Positions 39,542-52,151 of a stretch of 64,000 bases of DNA are shown here, one piece after another. Source of the DNA: Blasia pusilla (taxonomy: Eukaryota); assembly GCA_050084515.1 (NCBI GenBank), contig CM114271.1, positions 26,970,001 to 27,034,000 of the forward strand, in the 5' to 3' direction. The position numbers were made by a program, and so were the translations under genes. How positions within the stretch are numbered: position 1 is the stretch's first letter; each line of letters opens with the position of its first letter. A model generated the notes under the pieces. The model was not told the origin of the DNA. It did no database searches and worked only from the letters and a program-made list of their open reading frames with translations.

Positions 39542-42217
39542 CTATATCACCCACACGAAGCTGATGATGGCCCCCACGGCCAGTCCGAGCACAAGAGCAA
39601 GAGTCATAATGATGCCCGCGGACTCGGACGACGTGAAAGGGACCAGTTTGGGAGAGACGATGAGGAGACTGGAGGCGAAGAATCCATCGGTGAGGCCGAG
39701 GAGTGAGGTGAGAAAGAAGACAGGGCCCTCGGACCTTAACGATGGTGGTCCGTGCAGACACAACGCAAACAGCGGGAAGAAGATGAGCCTTCCTATGGAC
39801 CCGCCAATGATGTAGACTTCCTCTGCCGGGACGTAGACGGCCGTAGTCGCTTTGCCCACGAGATCGAAGACATTGTATGCTCCGATCAGGAGGACCGGGT
39901 ACCAATCTCCCAGAGTGCGGGAATGCACGTCTTCAGCCAAAAATCCGGGAAATATGGCCAGGGTTATGATGAACGTCAGGCACAAAGAAAATGCTAGCCA
40001 TCTGATTCGCAGGAGTACACTCATCCAAGATGATTTCGGGCACACTGGACCCACACCGACGGCTGCAGATAGTTTCGGTCCTACTGAGTCGTCGACCTCT
40101 GCGACCTCGTCAGCCTCACGAATCATGGCGAGTTTCAGAGATCTGTAGTACTGCATGATAGGCAGTTTGTGTAGCAAATTGAATGCCACGACGCAAAGAA
40201 CCAAGAATCCTGCGCTCACCATAAAATAGACGTTGGCACTCTCACGCAGACCGTCCGGGGTGTTGGGGAAGGACGCCTTCGTGATGATTCGTAACAAGGA
40301 CACCAGTACACCTGCAAAGCTATACCACTCATCAGCTCTGTCATGTGGAATTGGACACGAGTTATGCTTCGGGGGATAGCACAGATCCACTTTAAGGATC
40401 TGAAGAAGATTTACAGAGAGTATCACAGGATTCCACTAGCAAAAATGAAACGCGGCTTCCGTGCCAGTGAACGATTCACACGCGCGTCAAGTTCAAGTGA
40501 TGACTGTCCCTAAGGATTTCAAGTCCAAGAGATGTAGACTCTACGGTAATTTTTCACCATCAAGAGCCTCACGAGTCCTCCAGTCCTTCTAAAAGCATCT
40601 GCACACGGTCTCCCACTCAAGCACGATCCGAAATCGAGCGTGTCCGATGATTAAACGCGGATCGCAGACTTGCATGCAGCGGAATGCGAAGTCGAGACTC
40701 GGAATGAAATAGACGCGACAGAGACCTGGGAATAATGTACAAGGAACTCATGCACAGATTCTGATCGACAACAATCTCAACAATTTCCCCCACGATAGCA
40801 ACGCAGCTGACACCAGAGACCGGGAAGGAAGTACATAGAACTCAAGAACGGGTTTTTACCGACAGCAACCTCAGCAATTACCCCAACCATGTCAAACAAG
40901 CGGGAGCACCGTCTCCCCTTCCCCAACGATCCCCAATCCAGCGTCCAGGAACAAAAACAGACCACAGAATTGCGCTTCGAAATGCGGGGCCAAAACTTGG
41001 TCGTATGTCAACTTTTCTACAGGTTGAGATTTAACTTGATTCGACTCACATCGAGCAGACACTCCCTAGACCTACTTGGTGGTGTAGTTAACTCATACCA
41101 TGGACCGAGAGGCCAAAGTTCACATGAAAAGCAACTGCAAATTTCTGCTGCAATAGATTGGATTCGATTGGATACAGAGTCTTGGTGGGGAATTAAAGGA
41201 TCCAACAGCCAACCATGCCGTAGAATGCGGAGCAAAAACTAAACTTGGAAAGCACCTGAGGTTTTCTGTGGCGAGAGATCGGATTCGGAAGGCCGCAGAG
41301 AGCCTTCACAGTAAGTAAAAGGACATACACAAAACCAAATCCTATGATGGGATCCGAGGCCTATACACAACGGCAAACGAGAGAGCAGCAGAGATATTCA
41401 ACCGCTTAGACCTCACGGAATGGAATTCGAGGCCAAAATTTTGAAAAAAAAGAAAGTAACAGCAAACGAGAGAGCAGCGGAGAAATTCGACCACATAGAC
41501 CTCATGGAATGCAAAAGCAGGCCAAAAAATTCAAAACAACTCAGAGTTTCCACTGCACGAGACAAGACGAAATGTGATGCGACTCAAGTAGACGAAATGC
41601 GGAGAGCTTTGGAAGTACACACGCATACACGCAAATCATGCTGCAACATAATTAGCGTCTGCTTGGCTGGCTCGCCTGATCCATCACTCACCACAGGCGG
41701 CCGTCCCAGCAACAAATGCTTGCATGTAACGCTCCGGAAGCTCCCCCGCCGCTCCAATTGCGCTCCCCTGCACGAGTGCGTCGGCCACGCCCGTGAACGC
41801 CACCGCCGCGATCGTAGCATAATGCGTGCCCGGGATGCCTCGCTGCCCCCGGATGAACACCGCGTCCACGACGGGCACGAGAACGAGCGAGCACAGGTAC
41901 GCTCCCAGTCCGCCATTGATGCGACTCGCGGAGCTGTAGCGGTCGCCATAGGCCGTGAGGAGGCAAAGCACGACGAAGCACGGGACCAAGTACGCGACGG
42001 TAAAAACCCGATCGATGTGCGAGTTAGGGTACAAGAAATCGAAGTAATCCACCGCGTTGATGAACGCGTTCCACGGCAACAGCACTCCCACCCCCAACGC
42101 GAAGAAAACGACGTACGAGATATTCCAATCATCCGCCGGAGCACTGCGCCCGCTCATCAGCTCCTTCCTCTCCTCCGACGAACCATTCGACACCGCCTTC
42201 CTCCCCTCCCACCCCAT
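39542..42217 (-). CDS. ENT1: Equilibrative nucleoside transporter (ENT1-like), 2 exons, 431 aa
   Basis: complement(join(39542..40311,41692..42217)) with a GT-AG intron, 1296 nt. Motifs: LGVGVLLPWNAFINAVDYF, GELPERYMQAFVAGTAACG|VLVSLLRIITK, TLAIFPG, DWYPVLLI..YNVFDLVGK, LGLTDG. Confidence 0.93.
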
Positions 42218-42507
42218 CGCTCCTCACGATTCTCAATTCCGCCCCCCTTCCCTCTCGCCCTTCGCGCCTCGGACTCCTGTAGTCGCTGCGCTCCGCAGTC
42301 CGTATCGACGACAGGAGGCCCGAGCGCTTTTTGGGGCATTTCCTCGACACTGCAATGGACGCATTCCATGCCTCCACGAGCGATCGCTCGCGCGATCAAC
42401 GGAGACAGAAAGTGGGGGAGTTCGCGATGGCGGACGTGTTCGTGTACGGGTCGTTCTTTCTTCCCGGGCTGGCTCAGGCGGAGGACTATATATAGGGAGG
42501 GAGACCA

Positions 42508-43525
42508 CGCGCGCCGTAAGGCTCTCAAAGCCGCAGCCTACGGCGACTGCTGCAGCGGGCGTCTCAATGAGGCTGGAGATTCTTTAGGCACTAGACGTCC
42601 GATCCTGAACTTTTCTTTATGGATTTACGTCCTTTCCATAACGCGGAGTGGATCCACACCCAATGGCCGTTGGATGGTGGGTCCATTTTCTAGTCTATTT
42701 AGGTAGCGCAATGTATTTGGTAAGGCACCTAACAAAATTAAATGTATTTGGACATAATTGTAAGTCATCCATATTTTACCACGGCAATTACCAAGAAGAC
42801 GTAGCGAGACGTATGTCCCGCATTATGAGACACCCTAATATATTGGCCGACGGCAATTGCTGCAGTGCAGGTCTCAATGAGGCGGAGGATACATTAGGGC
42901 ATCTCAAGTTGTAGGCCGTAGCACTAGACTTCCGATCCATAACTATTTTTTATGGGTTTTCGTCCGGTTGAATGCGGGGTATTGGAGGAGGTAGACGCGC
43001 AACTCTTACCACTGGATGTCAAGTCCATTTTCTTGACTTTTTAGGTTGCGTAGGGTATTTAGTATGGCACCTAGCAAAATTACATATATTTGGATGTAAT
43101 TTTAAATCGTCCATATTTTACGGTCAAGAAGAGGGAGAGTGACACCTACGTCGCGCATTATGAGACACTCTAATATATAGGCCTACTAGGCGCACCGTAA
43201 GGCTCTCAAAGCCCCAACCTACAGAAACTATTGCAACGCGGGTCTCAATGAGGTGGAGGATACATTAGGGCGTCTCAAGTTATAGGCAGTAGCACTAGAC
43301 TTCCGATCCATAACTATATTTATGGATTTCCGTCCGGTTGAATGAGGGGTTGCGGAGGAGGTAGAAATGCACCTCTTACAACTGGATGTCCAATCCATTT
43401 TCTTGACTTTTTAGGTAGCGTAGTGTATTTAGTACGGCACCTAGCAAAACTAGTATACTTGGACGTAATTGTAAGTCGTCCATATTTTACGGTCAAATAC
43501 CAAGAAGACCTACACAACGAGACCC
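42508..43525. repeat. Three diverged tandem copies of a ~310-370 bp unit upstream of the ENT gene
   Basis: gtctcaatgagg occurs at 42561, 42872 and 43242. ccgtaaggctctcaaagcc occurs near 42514 and 43195. The blocks gcactagac and ccatattttac are shared by all three copies. Confidence 0.85.
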
Positions 43526-43569
43526 TTCGCATGGGTGCTTCCCTCCAACAATGTACTCCCTCGCCAACT

Positions 43570-45600
43570 ACTCAATACCCATGAGTGTTGCCAACGTCGT
43601 CACATCATCAACTCGTGGACCACCACTACGTCTTGCAAACCGCACAAGTAAATGAGTCCATGACTCATCCCTCCATCACCTGATTGCCATCCTGGCCAAT
43701 AAGAAACTGTCTCCCCTAGAAATCAAGGATGAAACCAAGGGGGTACAACACTATAATCCCTACCACCACATGTACATTATAAGACTTTGCCGATGTCGTA
43801 ATCATACGAGTCCACACCATCACACAATCTAACGCATGCTCTGGATAGAGTCTAATAACTAGCTCCTATCTAGTCATTTACACTTCGTGGGTGGCACGCC
43901 CCCAATTGAGGAATTTGCAAGGGATAAGGTTCAATGTTGCATTTCCGTAACCCCGACGCCAAACATGCCACTTTTCTTAACAACAAGGATTGTGCTCCCA
44001 AATCAAGTAAGACACACTACGATTGATACAAAACACCTGTGGGACTAACCAAGTAAAACACTCTAGCTTGGTTGTCCAACAACACCACACTTGGTGTCAC
44101 CATAGCTCGATCGCTCTATCGCTCGCATAGGTAGCATATCTGCCAACTTTGTCACCGCAACTTGCCATGATTGAATGGGGGATATCCTAAGCACCTGCTC
44201 TGAAGGAAGATTCACCACCTCTTCACCAACCACCTACAAACGAGAAGCTCTAACCTCTCCACGCTCACACAATGTGGCAGCTAGCTAGCCGGAACATCTT
44301 TGTTGGTCTAACTCCAATCGCCACCGAGTCCATGGTAGAAAATAATAGAGCTTGGCTCATCCTAGTGCCCAAACCCAACAATGTGGTCAACACTGACTCC
44401 ACGTACTCGGGCTTGCATAGGAGTCTCCTTTCTCTCCAACTCCTTGTGACGTTGATGCACCCATCCCACTTGTGGGCATCACTGGTTGTGTAGGCACCAT
44501 TGATGGTGTATGAAGAGCCTCTAATCATGTAAAAGATTGTAGAATCTTGACTTATCGCCCATTGTTCCCCTCCTCTGGAACGATCTCAATCCTATCTCTC
44601 TATGGCTTGGTCATTCTCATTGCACCTCGAGTCACCATCGCTGCAGCCTCTAATTAAGCCGCATTGCACATAAATCTCAAACCAGTGTAATCCTCTCATA
44701 TATATTGATACGACATAGAGGAGGTAAAGTAGCTACTCTTGGCTCCGTGTCCATGATTGGCTATGTCATCATCATGGCAATAATTCTCTGCTCCAATTGA
44801 TCGATGCAAGTGAGGAGCATTACCTTGGATGCACATCCTCCATCTCCTCTTATTAACTGGTGGTCGAACTCTACCACCATGGTTGTCAACACCTCAACCT
44901 CCACAACATCTCCCGCTCCAGCAACCCATGCCAATACAAATACACTGACTATGCCTTAGTCACTCCATGTGTGGCAATGATCAATCATCACATCCGCGTG
45001 AATGCCTCTCTCAAACTATCACCCAATCTCCACTAAAAATCTTGTGAACTCTTCAGCTCGTCGGTCTGCTTGCCATGGTAGCTCCTATCCAACTGTGGAA
45101 GAAATCCACTGTAGGAAAAAAATAGGTGGTCCTCTACCACCAAAGGTCTTTCCCATCTTACCGCCGTTACTCCCATCATCTACATCTAGTCCTTGGGTTG
45201 ATGGTGTTGGTATCTCTAACCTCCCTCACTACCCCGTCATACAACTCACGACGACTAGTGAACTCATATTCTAGAGCACCAATACACCCTACAAGCATCA
45301 ATATTTCTAGCGTGTAAAGATAAAAACTCACGATAATCATCCATCGGAGGTCCCTCCAAGTGCTTGGACATACCCTTCCACGCCATGAAAGGGTTGAACC
45401 GCGTAGGGGTTTGTATTTCATGGGAATCATACCACGTGTCAAAATCTTGGATGAATTTTTCAAGATTAATGATGTGTACTGTACCCGAGAAATGATGCAT
45501 GCCCCTATGGCTCATATCATCCATCTTTCTCCGCACAACACTATCGTCCTCTACAATCTTGTCACATTGTTGGAGGTGTAACATGGTGTCTCTAACCAAA
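43570..45600 (-). mobile_element. Ty3/gypsy remnant D: heavily decayed gag-protease region of the same lineage
   Basis: Colinear similarity to 34740-35990 and 8030-9900, including KMFRLAS, the VLLDLGAQSLL-like protease core and the gag segment FIQDFDTW..F.AWKGM..HLEGPPMDDYREF. Confidence 0.8.
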
Positions 45601-46702
45601 GAGCTAGTGCATACATTCTATAGAAAAAGGGGCATTCTCCGTCCAACTTTTGCTCCAAGGTAAGACATGCTTCAACATATGAGTTCGTGAGACCATCTCA
45701 TGTGGCCATCAAAAATTTTGATCTAGCTTTCTTATAGCTACCCACATATCTATCAAACTTCTTGAGGTACGGAATCACTATGGATAGTGGGGAATCCAAC
45801 ATTCTTCACGTGGACTACCATGATCCCTAAGGTTGTTGCCTTAGTTTTGTTCTTTTTCCCAACCTCAGTCTTCGCAGGGCAGCAAAATTCTTAGGCTCCT
45901 CCAAGTATTTCACCATCCGTTCATAGTCAGCCAATGATAACCTCTATCTTTGTTGCTTTTCTGCAACTAATGAGTTCCTCATACCTTCTTGCCCACCCAT
46001 GATGGGCCCACTCTCAGATTCAATCTCAACGTCTGAACTTTCAATACTCAATCACACTTTCCAATGGGTGCACTAATTCCCACTCTTCCTCTTGTCTCCT
46101 AAAATTGGTACAGCGGCTGTGTCTCTCTCTCTCTCAGAAATTTTTTTCCATGATAAGATCCTTTTAAAGCCACGTATTCATGGAGTATCACTCTCGGAAT
46201 GTCCCATAGTTGGTTAGTGAAGGGGGAAACTAGCATCATGACCATTCAATTTTGAAAAAAAAGTGTAGGAAGTTGCTCAATATCAAACACATTCCATCCA
46301 CAATCAACAAGAGTAGCCTGATTAATTGGTAACCAGAGCTTGAACAACTGCCTATGCCTATGAGAAGTAAGTAGAGTAGAATCCTAGAGGCAGAATTAAT
46401 TGGAGAACTCGTATGACAACTTGAAATTAAAATTTTACCCAGCCTCTGATTAACAATTCCACTCAAATCTCTTAAACACGTTCCTTTTTACATATGGTGC
46501 TCTCATGGACACTCATTGACTTATGGTGATGAAAGTGGGTGGCCCTATTGTGTCTTGTGGGATTGAAAGGGGCTCCCGTTGTGGTGGGTAGCGGCAAAGA
46601 GTTGTCCTTGCAACACCTGGCGCGTGGATAACATCACTAAAAATATCTTTGACAAATCTATTGACAAAATAAATAAAAAGATTAATTAAAATTAAATAAT
46701 TT

Positions 46703-46774
46703 TGGGGCGTCGCCAAGTGGTAAGGCTGCAGGTTTTGATCCTGTTACTCGGAGGTTCGAATCCTTCCGTCCTAG
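46703..46774 (+). tRNA. trnQ: Plastid-type tRNA-Gln(UUG), probably an organelle-derived nuclear copy
   Basis: TGGGGCGTCGCCAAGTGGTAAGGCTGCAGGTTTTGATCCTGTTACTCGGAGGTTCGAATCCTTCCGTCCTAG folds as a cloverleaf with a TTG anticodon and a GGTTCGAATCC T-arm. The sequence style is plastid/cyanobacterial. The AT-rich leader carries TTGACA at 46661. Confidence 0.88.
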
Positions 46775-49340
46775 CCCGAAGTTGGCTCTCGTTCCCCCCT
46801 CAACGGCGATAATCAAAATGCCAGTTGAGAGAGAGGGTACAGTCTTTTGACAATTGTAGAGCAACAATGCTCGTTGTCAAACCAGATCGTGGGGCATTGG
46901 GGGTGGTCCAACAATATTACCCGTTCCCAATTTTCTTGGTTGCGGCCTCACTCAAACTTGAACTTTGACTCCTATCTATGATTCTATGCGACCCGTCCAC
47001 CATATTACCATTGACGGACCCTCTATTTAGGAATGCCATCAACCATCAAAGTAGCCTACAGAGATAATTGCAACCGGATCTCCATGAGGACAAATAAGGC
47101 ATCTCAAATGTTATTCCATATTCATGCGCATATATTTAACATGGAATCATGGTCTTTTGAGTGTCGGATGTTGAGCGCACCTCCTTGCATCTAGCCACAC
47201 TCTCCCCCCCCAAAAAAATGTTTTTTGTCATTTGTCAAATAAAGAGTTTTTTGCAAATTAAATGGTTATCCTTTCTTAGTAGAATAGATATTATACGGTT
47301 TGTAGGGATTTCAAAGCATCTTAACTAAGGCCATTGTTGCTTTCCGTCTCTCCTTAACTATTGTGAAGTATGAACCTTTGTCTAATGACAAAGGTCCATA
47401 TGGCCCATGGCTCTGGGTAAAGAGAAAGGTTGACAAGCTTACCAAATACAAGTGTATGCACATACGATGCATGAGTTTAAATTACCTTCCAAAATGATCT
47501 TAAAATTTTCTAGTGTTATTATAAATCAACTTCGAGCAATCTTATTGGCTCAAAAAGTAAGTGATCCGATTGGCTGAGATGAGTCAAGTGCTAAGAGGAG
47601 AGGAGTTTGAAAAATGAAGGGGCATCTATACTCTCCAATAATAGTAAAGATGAGTGAAACTTGAATATTTAGTCAATGCTAAAAGGAATGGTTGTTGGCA
47701 CGTAATCGTAATGCTCTACCATATAGTTGGCAAGGAGAAAAAGATGATGGTAAGTAAAACTTTTCATGATTGCTCTCATAAAAGGTAATAATAAGATAAT
47801 TTATTTTCTTCCTTATAGTTACCATGTTTGGTCTCAATTGAATAATATCATCTCCTCCCAAATTTGTGTAGACAAGCGCAAGACCCTCTTCTACTTCCAA
47901 AATCCAGTCAAGGTTATATGCACACAAAGTCCTTGTCTCTCCATACGATGGACTTGCATGTAGGAGGTTTTCCCATGTGCACAAATTTTCCGAACCTCCC
48001 TCCCAAGCCCGAGCCCCCCCAATACTCCTTGCCTTTTCTTGCTCCTACCTCGACACCCCACCTCTTTCCTATATCCCCTATTTTCAAAATTTCTTGCATG
48101 CATCGATGGGATTAATTGAATGCCTCAAAGAAGTCCATACTTGTCTATGGTACGTATGGGGTTATCTATTTTGGTACAACCATATAACCAAAATGATCTT
48201 TTTGATGAACAGGCATATCCCATTCCAATTTAAAAACCTCATATATGTTATAAGATTAATCATTTGGATATTTGACCATAAAAATATCTCTTGAAAGTGG
48301 CATGGATAATGGAGTAACTATCGAGGACTTTATTCAAAGAATTTTTCCAACATTTTTTAACTTCTTCAATTAGTTTATGAAATTACAATAACATAAATTC
48401 TCTACTATTTCACCCCATATAATATTTTAAGTAGCTCCCAAGTTAAAAAAAAAAAAAAGGATCCAACACTATTGAGAAATCCTTACTTGGATGGGCAAGA
48501 TAAAATAGACAAAATAATACGTGGGTAGCAAACATTTCTCATTTGTACTCTAAAAAAAATTCTCAGTTTATCTGAAGCCAATTTCAAAGAAATTCAAGAT
48601 AAAGATAATCCACATACTTGTGGAATCAAAGACATTAGTTGCAAAGCATTAGATTAAGATTGTCTTCCTATTTCATTACATAATATCTTCAAATTACTCA
48701 ACCCCATGGAAATAAACTATTTATATCTATGATAGGTGAACCACCAACCTCCCTCTACTTCAATGTTCAACATGCAATCCAAACTTAAAAAGTCACCAAC
48801 ACATTTTAGTAGAAGAGACAAACCTACACAAGATGAAGAAAGCAACAAATATGGATAAATTATTGATTTTTTTAACAATCAACCATTAGATGCTTGATTA
48901 TCCCCATGCCTTTTCACTATGTCCTTTCCTACCCAAATGCTATTTTTGGAACATGATTTTTTATTATCTTCAAATTATTGTGGTAAAGGCATAATATGGT
49001 AGAGGCTTAATCCATGTTAGAAAGATTCAAGATTTTTGAAGCGTGTCCCAATAGGAATTTGCATCTTTACAATTTCATTTCACTAATCAACAATGAAATT
49101 TCTTAGGTTTGATACTCGAAGGAACAATATTTATGGGGGTTCTCACATGAGACCCATGATTTTCCACATTCTTGTTCCAAGGGCAAGGATTGAGAAACTC
49201 TGTGAGTTTTAGGAGTCTCATCTATAGTCTAGGAAGACCTTGAGTGAGGCTTACATACACAAGAGCCACTTGGTGTGGGCCACTCAAGGAATGATTGTGG
49301 CCCATACGGTGCAATATTAGTGTGGAGCACTTAATTGAAA

Positions 49341-49623
49341 GTTAGTGCTCCCAAAAGATAACTTGGTTCCCCCAAGCTTTTATGCGGCCAAAAAGCTAGT
49401 GGGAAAGCTTGGTCTGAGTTATAATTCATACCATGTTTGTCCCATGGGGTGCATGCTTTCCCGTGGGGAATTTTCTTATCATACTATGTGCCCCAAATGC
49501 CAAAGATCCAGGTTTAAGTAAGTTGGGAAATCACTAGTTCCTTCCAAGGTCCTCCAAAACTCCCCTATCATTCCCAAGATGAAACGGATGTTTAGATACA
49601 TGAAGAAGCAGTCATCACTTTAA
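49341..49623 (+). mobile_element. CACTA (En/Spm) Tnp2-like transposase fragment
   Basis: LVLPKDNLVPPSFYAAKKLVGKLGLSYNSYHVCPMGCML..GEF....CPKCQRSRFK*...VPSKVL...PIIPKMKRMF matches the Cys-rich segment that precedes the Transposase_21 domain. Confidence 0.8.
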
Positions 49624-52151
49624 TTTGTGCCTATTAGAGATGCACCTCCCCCCCTCGCATTCTTATTCTTTCATTATTTAGTGTTAATTTCATTTCATGT
49701 ACATGCTAGTTCATATCAGTCCAGTACCATCTATCTTTTGCTCGGAATATTCTTACTATGCGGTTATACACAAGGATTCCATCAAGGTGACCTAATTACA
49801 ATGAGCTCCACGTACCGCAAGTTGACACTCAACATCAGAGTTCTTGGCCACAACATGGACGACTTGGAGACACAACGCGTTCCACAATAAAATTGCAATT
49901 CTATAAAAATGTACTTTCCAAATTGGACGACCTGCAACATCAGAATGACTCATTGAAAGCACACATATCAAAACTCTCAGAATATATCAAATCTCTCAGA
50001 AGCAGAAGCTCCACATTTGAGGTTCAGAATTCTCACTACAAGGACAATCTAGATGAATTTACTTTACTCCTCAAGGACTTCGTTAAAGATACTACATCTG
50101 CCATTGAAGGAGATCCAAAGCTCTAGCTCATGTGGCACTGATTAAGTCACTTCTTCGTAAATACACATAACATTGTTGTCATAGCAATTTTGAGGCTTTT
50201 TTCTTTGTAGACTTTGAGAGTCTTGCCTTCATCAATCCCCCATTTTCCTTGCCATGTAAACTTTGGCTCAACCACCTCGTCGCATTCTGGGCATGAATGC
50301 AATAGTTTGCATGTCTTTACCTATTGTTTATTGCTGATTGTGTTCTTCACTAATCTGCTTGTCCAGATGCCTACAATTATATCTCATTACCAATGATATA
50401 TATAGAATTGCTGAGCTTAAATGCTGAGGTTCTGGAATAGATTTTCTCCATCTCATTCAGTCTTGTTCCATTCACACAGTTTCCAAGTACGCTTCATGCA
50501 TTCGGTGCGTACATTAAGTTTTCTACATCTTCAACTCGTTATTCCAGCAATGATACCACTTTAAAACTTGCACCATTTTCTTCTTTGCATACACGTGCCT
50601 ACAATCTTGTCTAGCTCTAATGGCTTGGAACATTACCCAAATACAATTCTACCTACTGAGATAATGAGCACTTACTTAACCCGTCTTCCACAACTCTAAT
50701 TCACACATCTCAAGCGCGCTCCACGGTCCCGGTAGTTTTTTGGCGAGAACCGGTACATTTCCGGTCTCTACAGACGAGAACTCTGTATTCTGCCGGTTTT
50801 GGCCGTTGATTTGCAAAGTGAATCGGAAATTCTAAACTTCTTCCGGCTAGGTCAACACGTAACCCCGGTTCTTCCCAGACATTGGCGCCCTCCAACATTG
50901 GCTATGAACAACATTGGCTATAAATTACATCCAATCACAACATATACACCATATCACGCGCGCCACACTCAATTTATAATGCATGTAGCTCATTCAACAT
51001 TACTAAATTTTTCTTTTAAAGTAGTCACACACACTCAATAAGTAATCCATTAAGTGTTACCTGAAGCCACATTTCTTCCAGTTCACACCAATTTGACATT
51101 GCTTCTCTCACATAAAACTCATCTCATACTGTACGATAACTCCATTCCAAACCCACTGCTTCCTTATTTATCGACTAAAGGCCTTACAGAGGGCAGGTTG
51201 GAGAAAGCGCCATAGCTAGGATACGTATATGTTGGGACTTCGCATAAGCGTGATATCAAGCTTTATGACCGCGGTTTCTTTCCTGAATCACCGCTTACAA
51301 AAGGGTAGGCAACATTTGTCTTTATTCACTTTTCCCACCATATGCTCCTTGAGTTCGGTGAGTTCTATTTCTCACCAACGACACTCCATCCACGTTAATG
51401 GGCCATTTCGAGGGACGTAAGTCTATTCGTGTCAACTATGGATCCAGAAGAAGTGATGAATGTGAGGTTCGACGCAAGAAGAGGCATTTGAGCTTCGGCA
51501 CGGCCGACTCCATTTCGGTAGTGGGGCGCACACCAAATTTACAAATCCGTTTGATGTCAGTAAGCTTTATCTAGCACCATTTTGGTTGAATACAAAAAAT
51601 ATGGAACGGAGTGGCATTTCCATGTGGTTTCTATGGCTGGACCACGACATTCTAAGTGGATGTCAAATGCCACCCACAGATAATCTCTCTCCAAGGTAAG
51701 AAATGGACCCTGCAAGTGTTTGTCAACTCTTCGACGATCCTAAGAAGAGAAAGGTACTCTTCTTTCATGTGACAACATGATCCTGGGCCAGAAGAACAAA
51801 AGGTACTCTGAGCCACAGCTGGATCATAAATTAGCTTCTGCTATTCTTCTGAATACATCTAGTAGAGGCCCTGAACTCCTGGAGTCAACATCTTCACACT
51901 TCTGAAAGATGAGCTCAAGTAGTTGTATTCAGGGAGGGGTAAGACTACTGCAAGCGAACTCATTTACTGCTCGTAGTAAAGCCATCACAAACGGAGTTAC
52001 GTCGCAATATGTGCCAGAGGCTGCCACCACAGGGCAGCTCGAATCCCGGATTTGCATAGCACCAAAAAATCGATCTTCATCTGATTAACAAATGGTCATT
52101 TGGACCATAGTTGCTCAGCGACAGAAATGAACTCTGGTACCAGAGAGTCGA

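Noticed and set aside
41420-42706. 428-aa plus-strand ORF
   Set aside because: It is the antisense shadow of the GC-rich ENT exon 1, with no recognisable domain.
47560-48300. Coding-like fragments on the minus strand
   Set aside because: Multiple stops and no motif that I can assign.
49627-50126. Two adjacent coiled-coil-like ORFs after the CACTA fragment
   Set aside because: They lie in different frames and match no family I recognise, so they are probably TE debris.
50878-50900. ACA-TTGGCGCCC as an LTR end plus primer-binding site
   Set aside because: No matching LTR or internal retroelement sequence is nearby, and the motif is too short.
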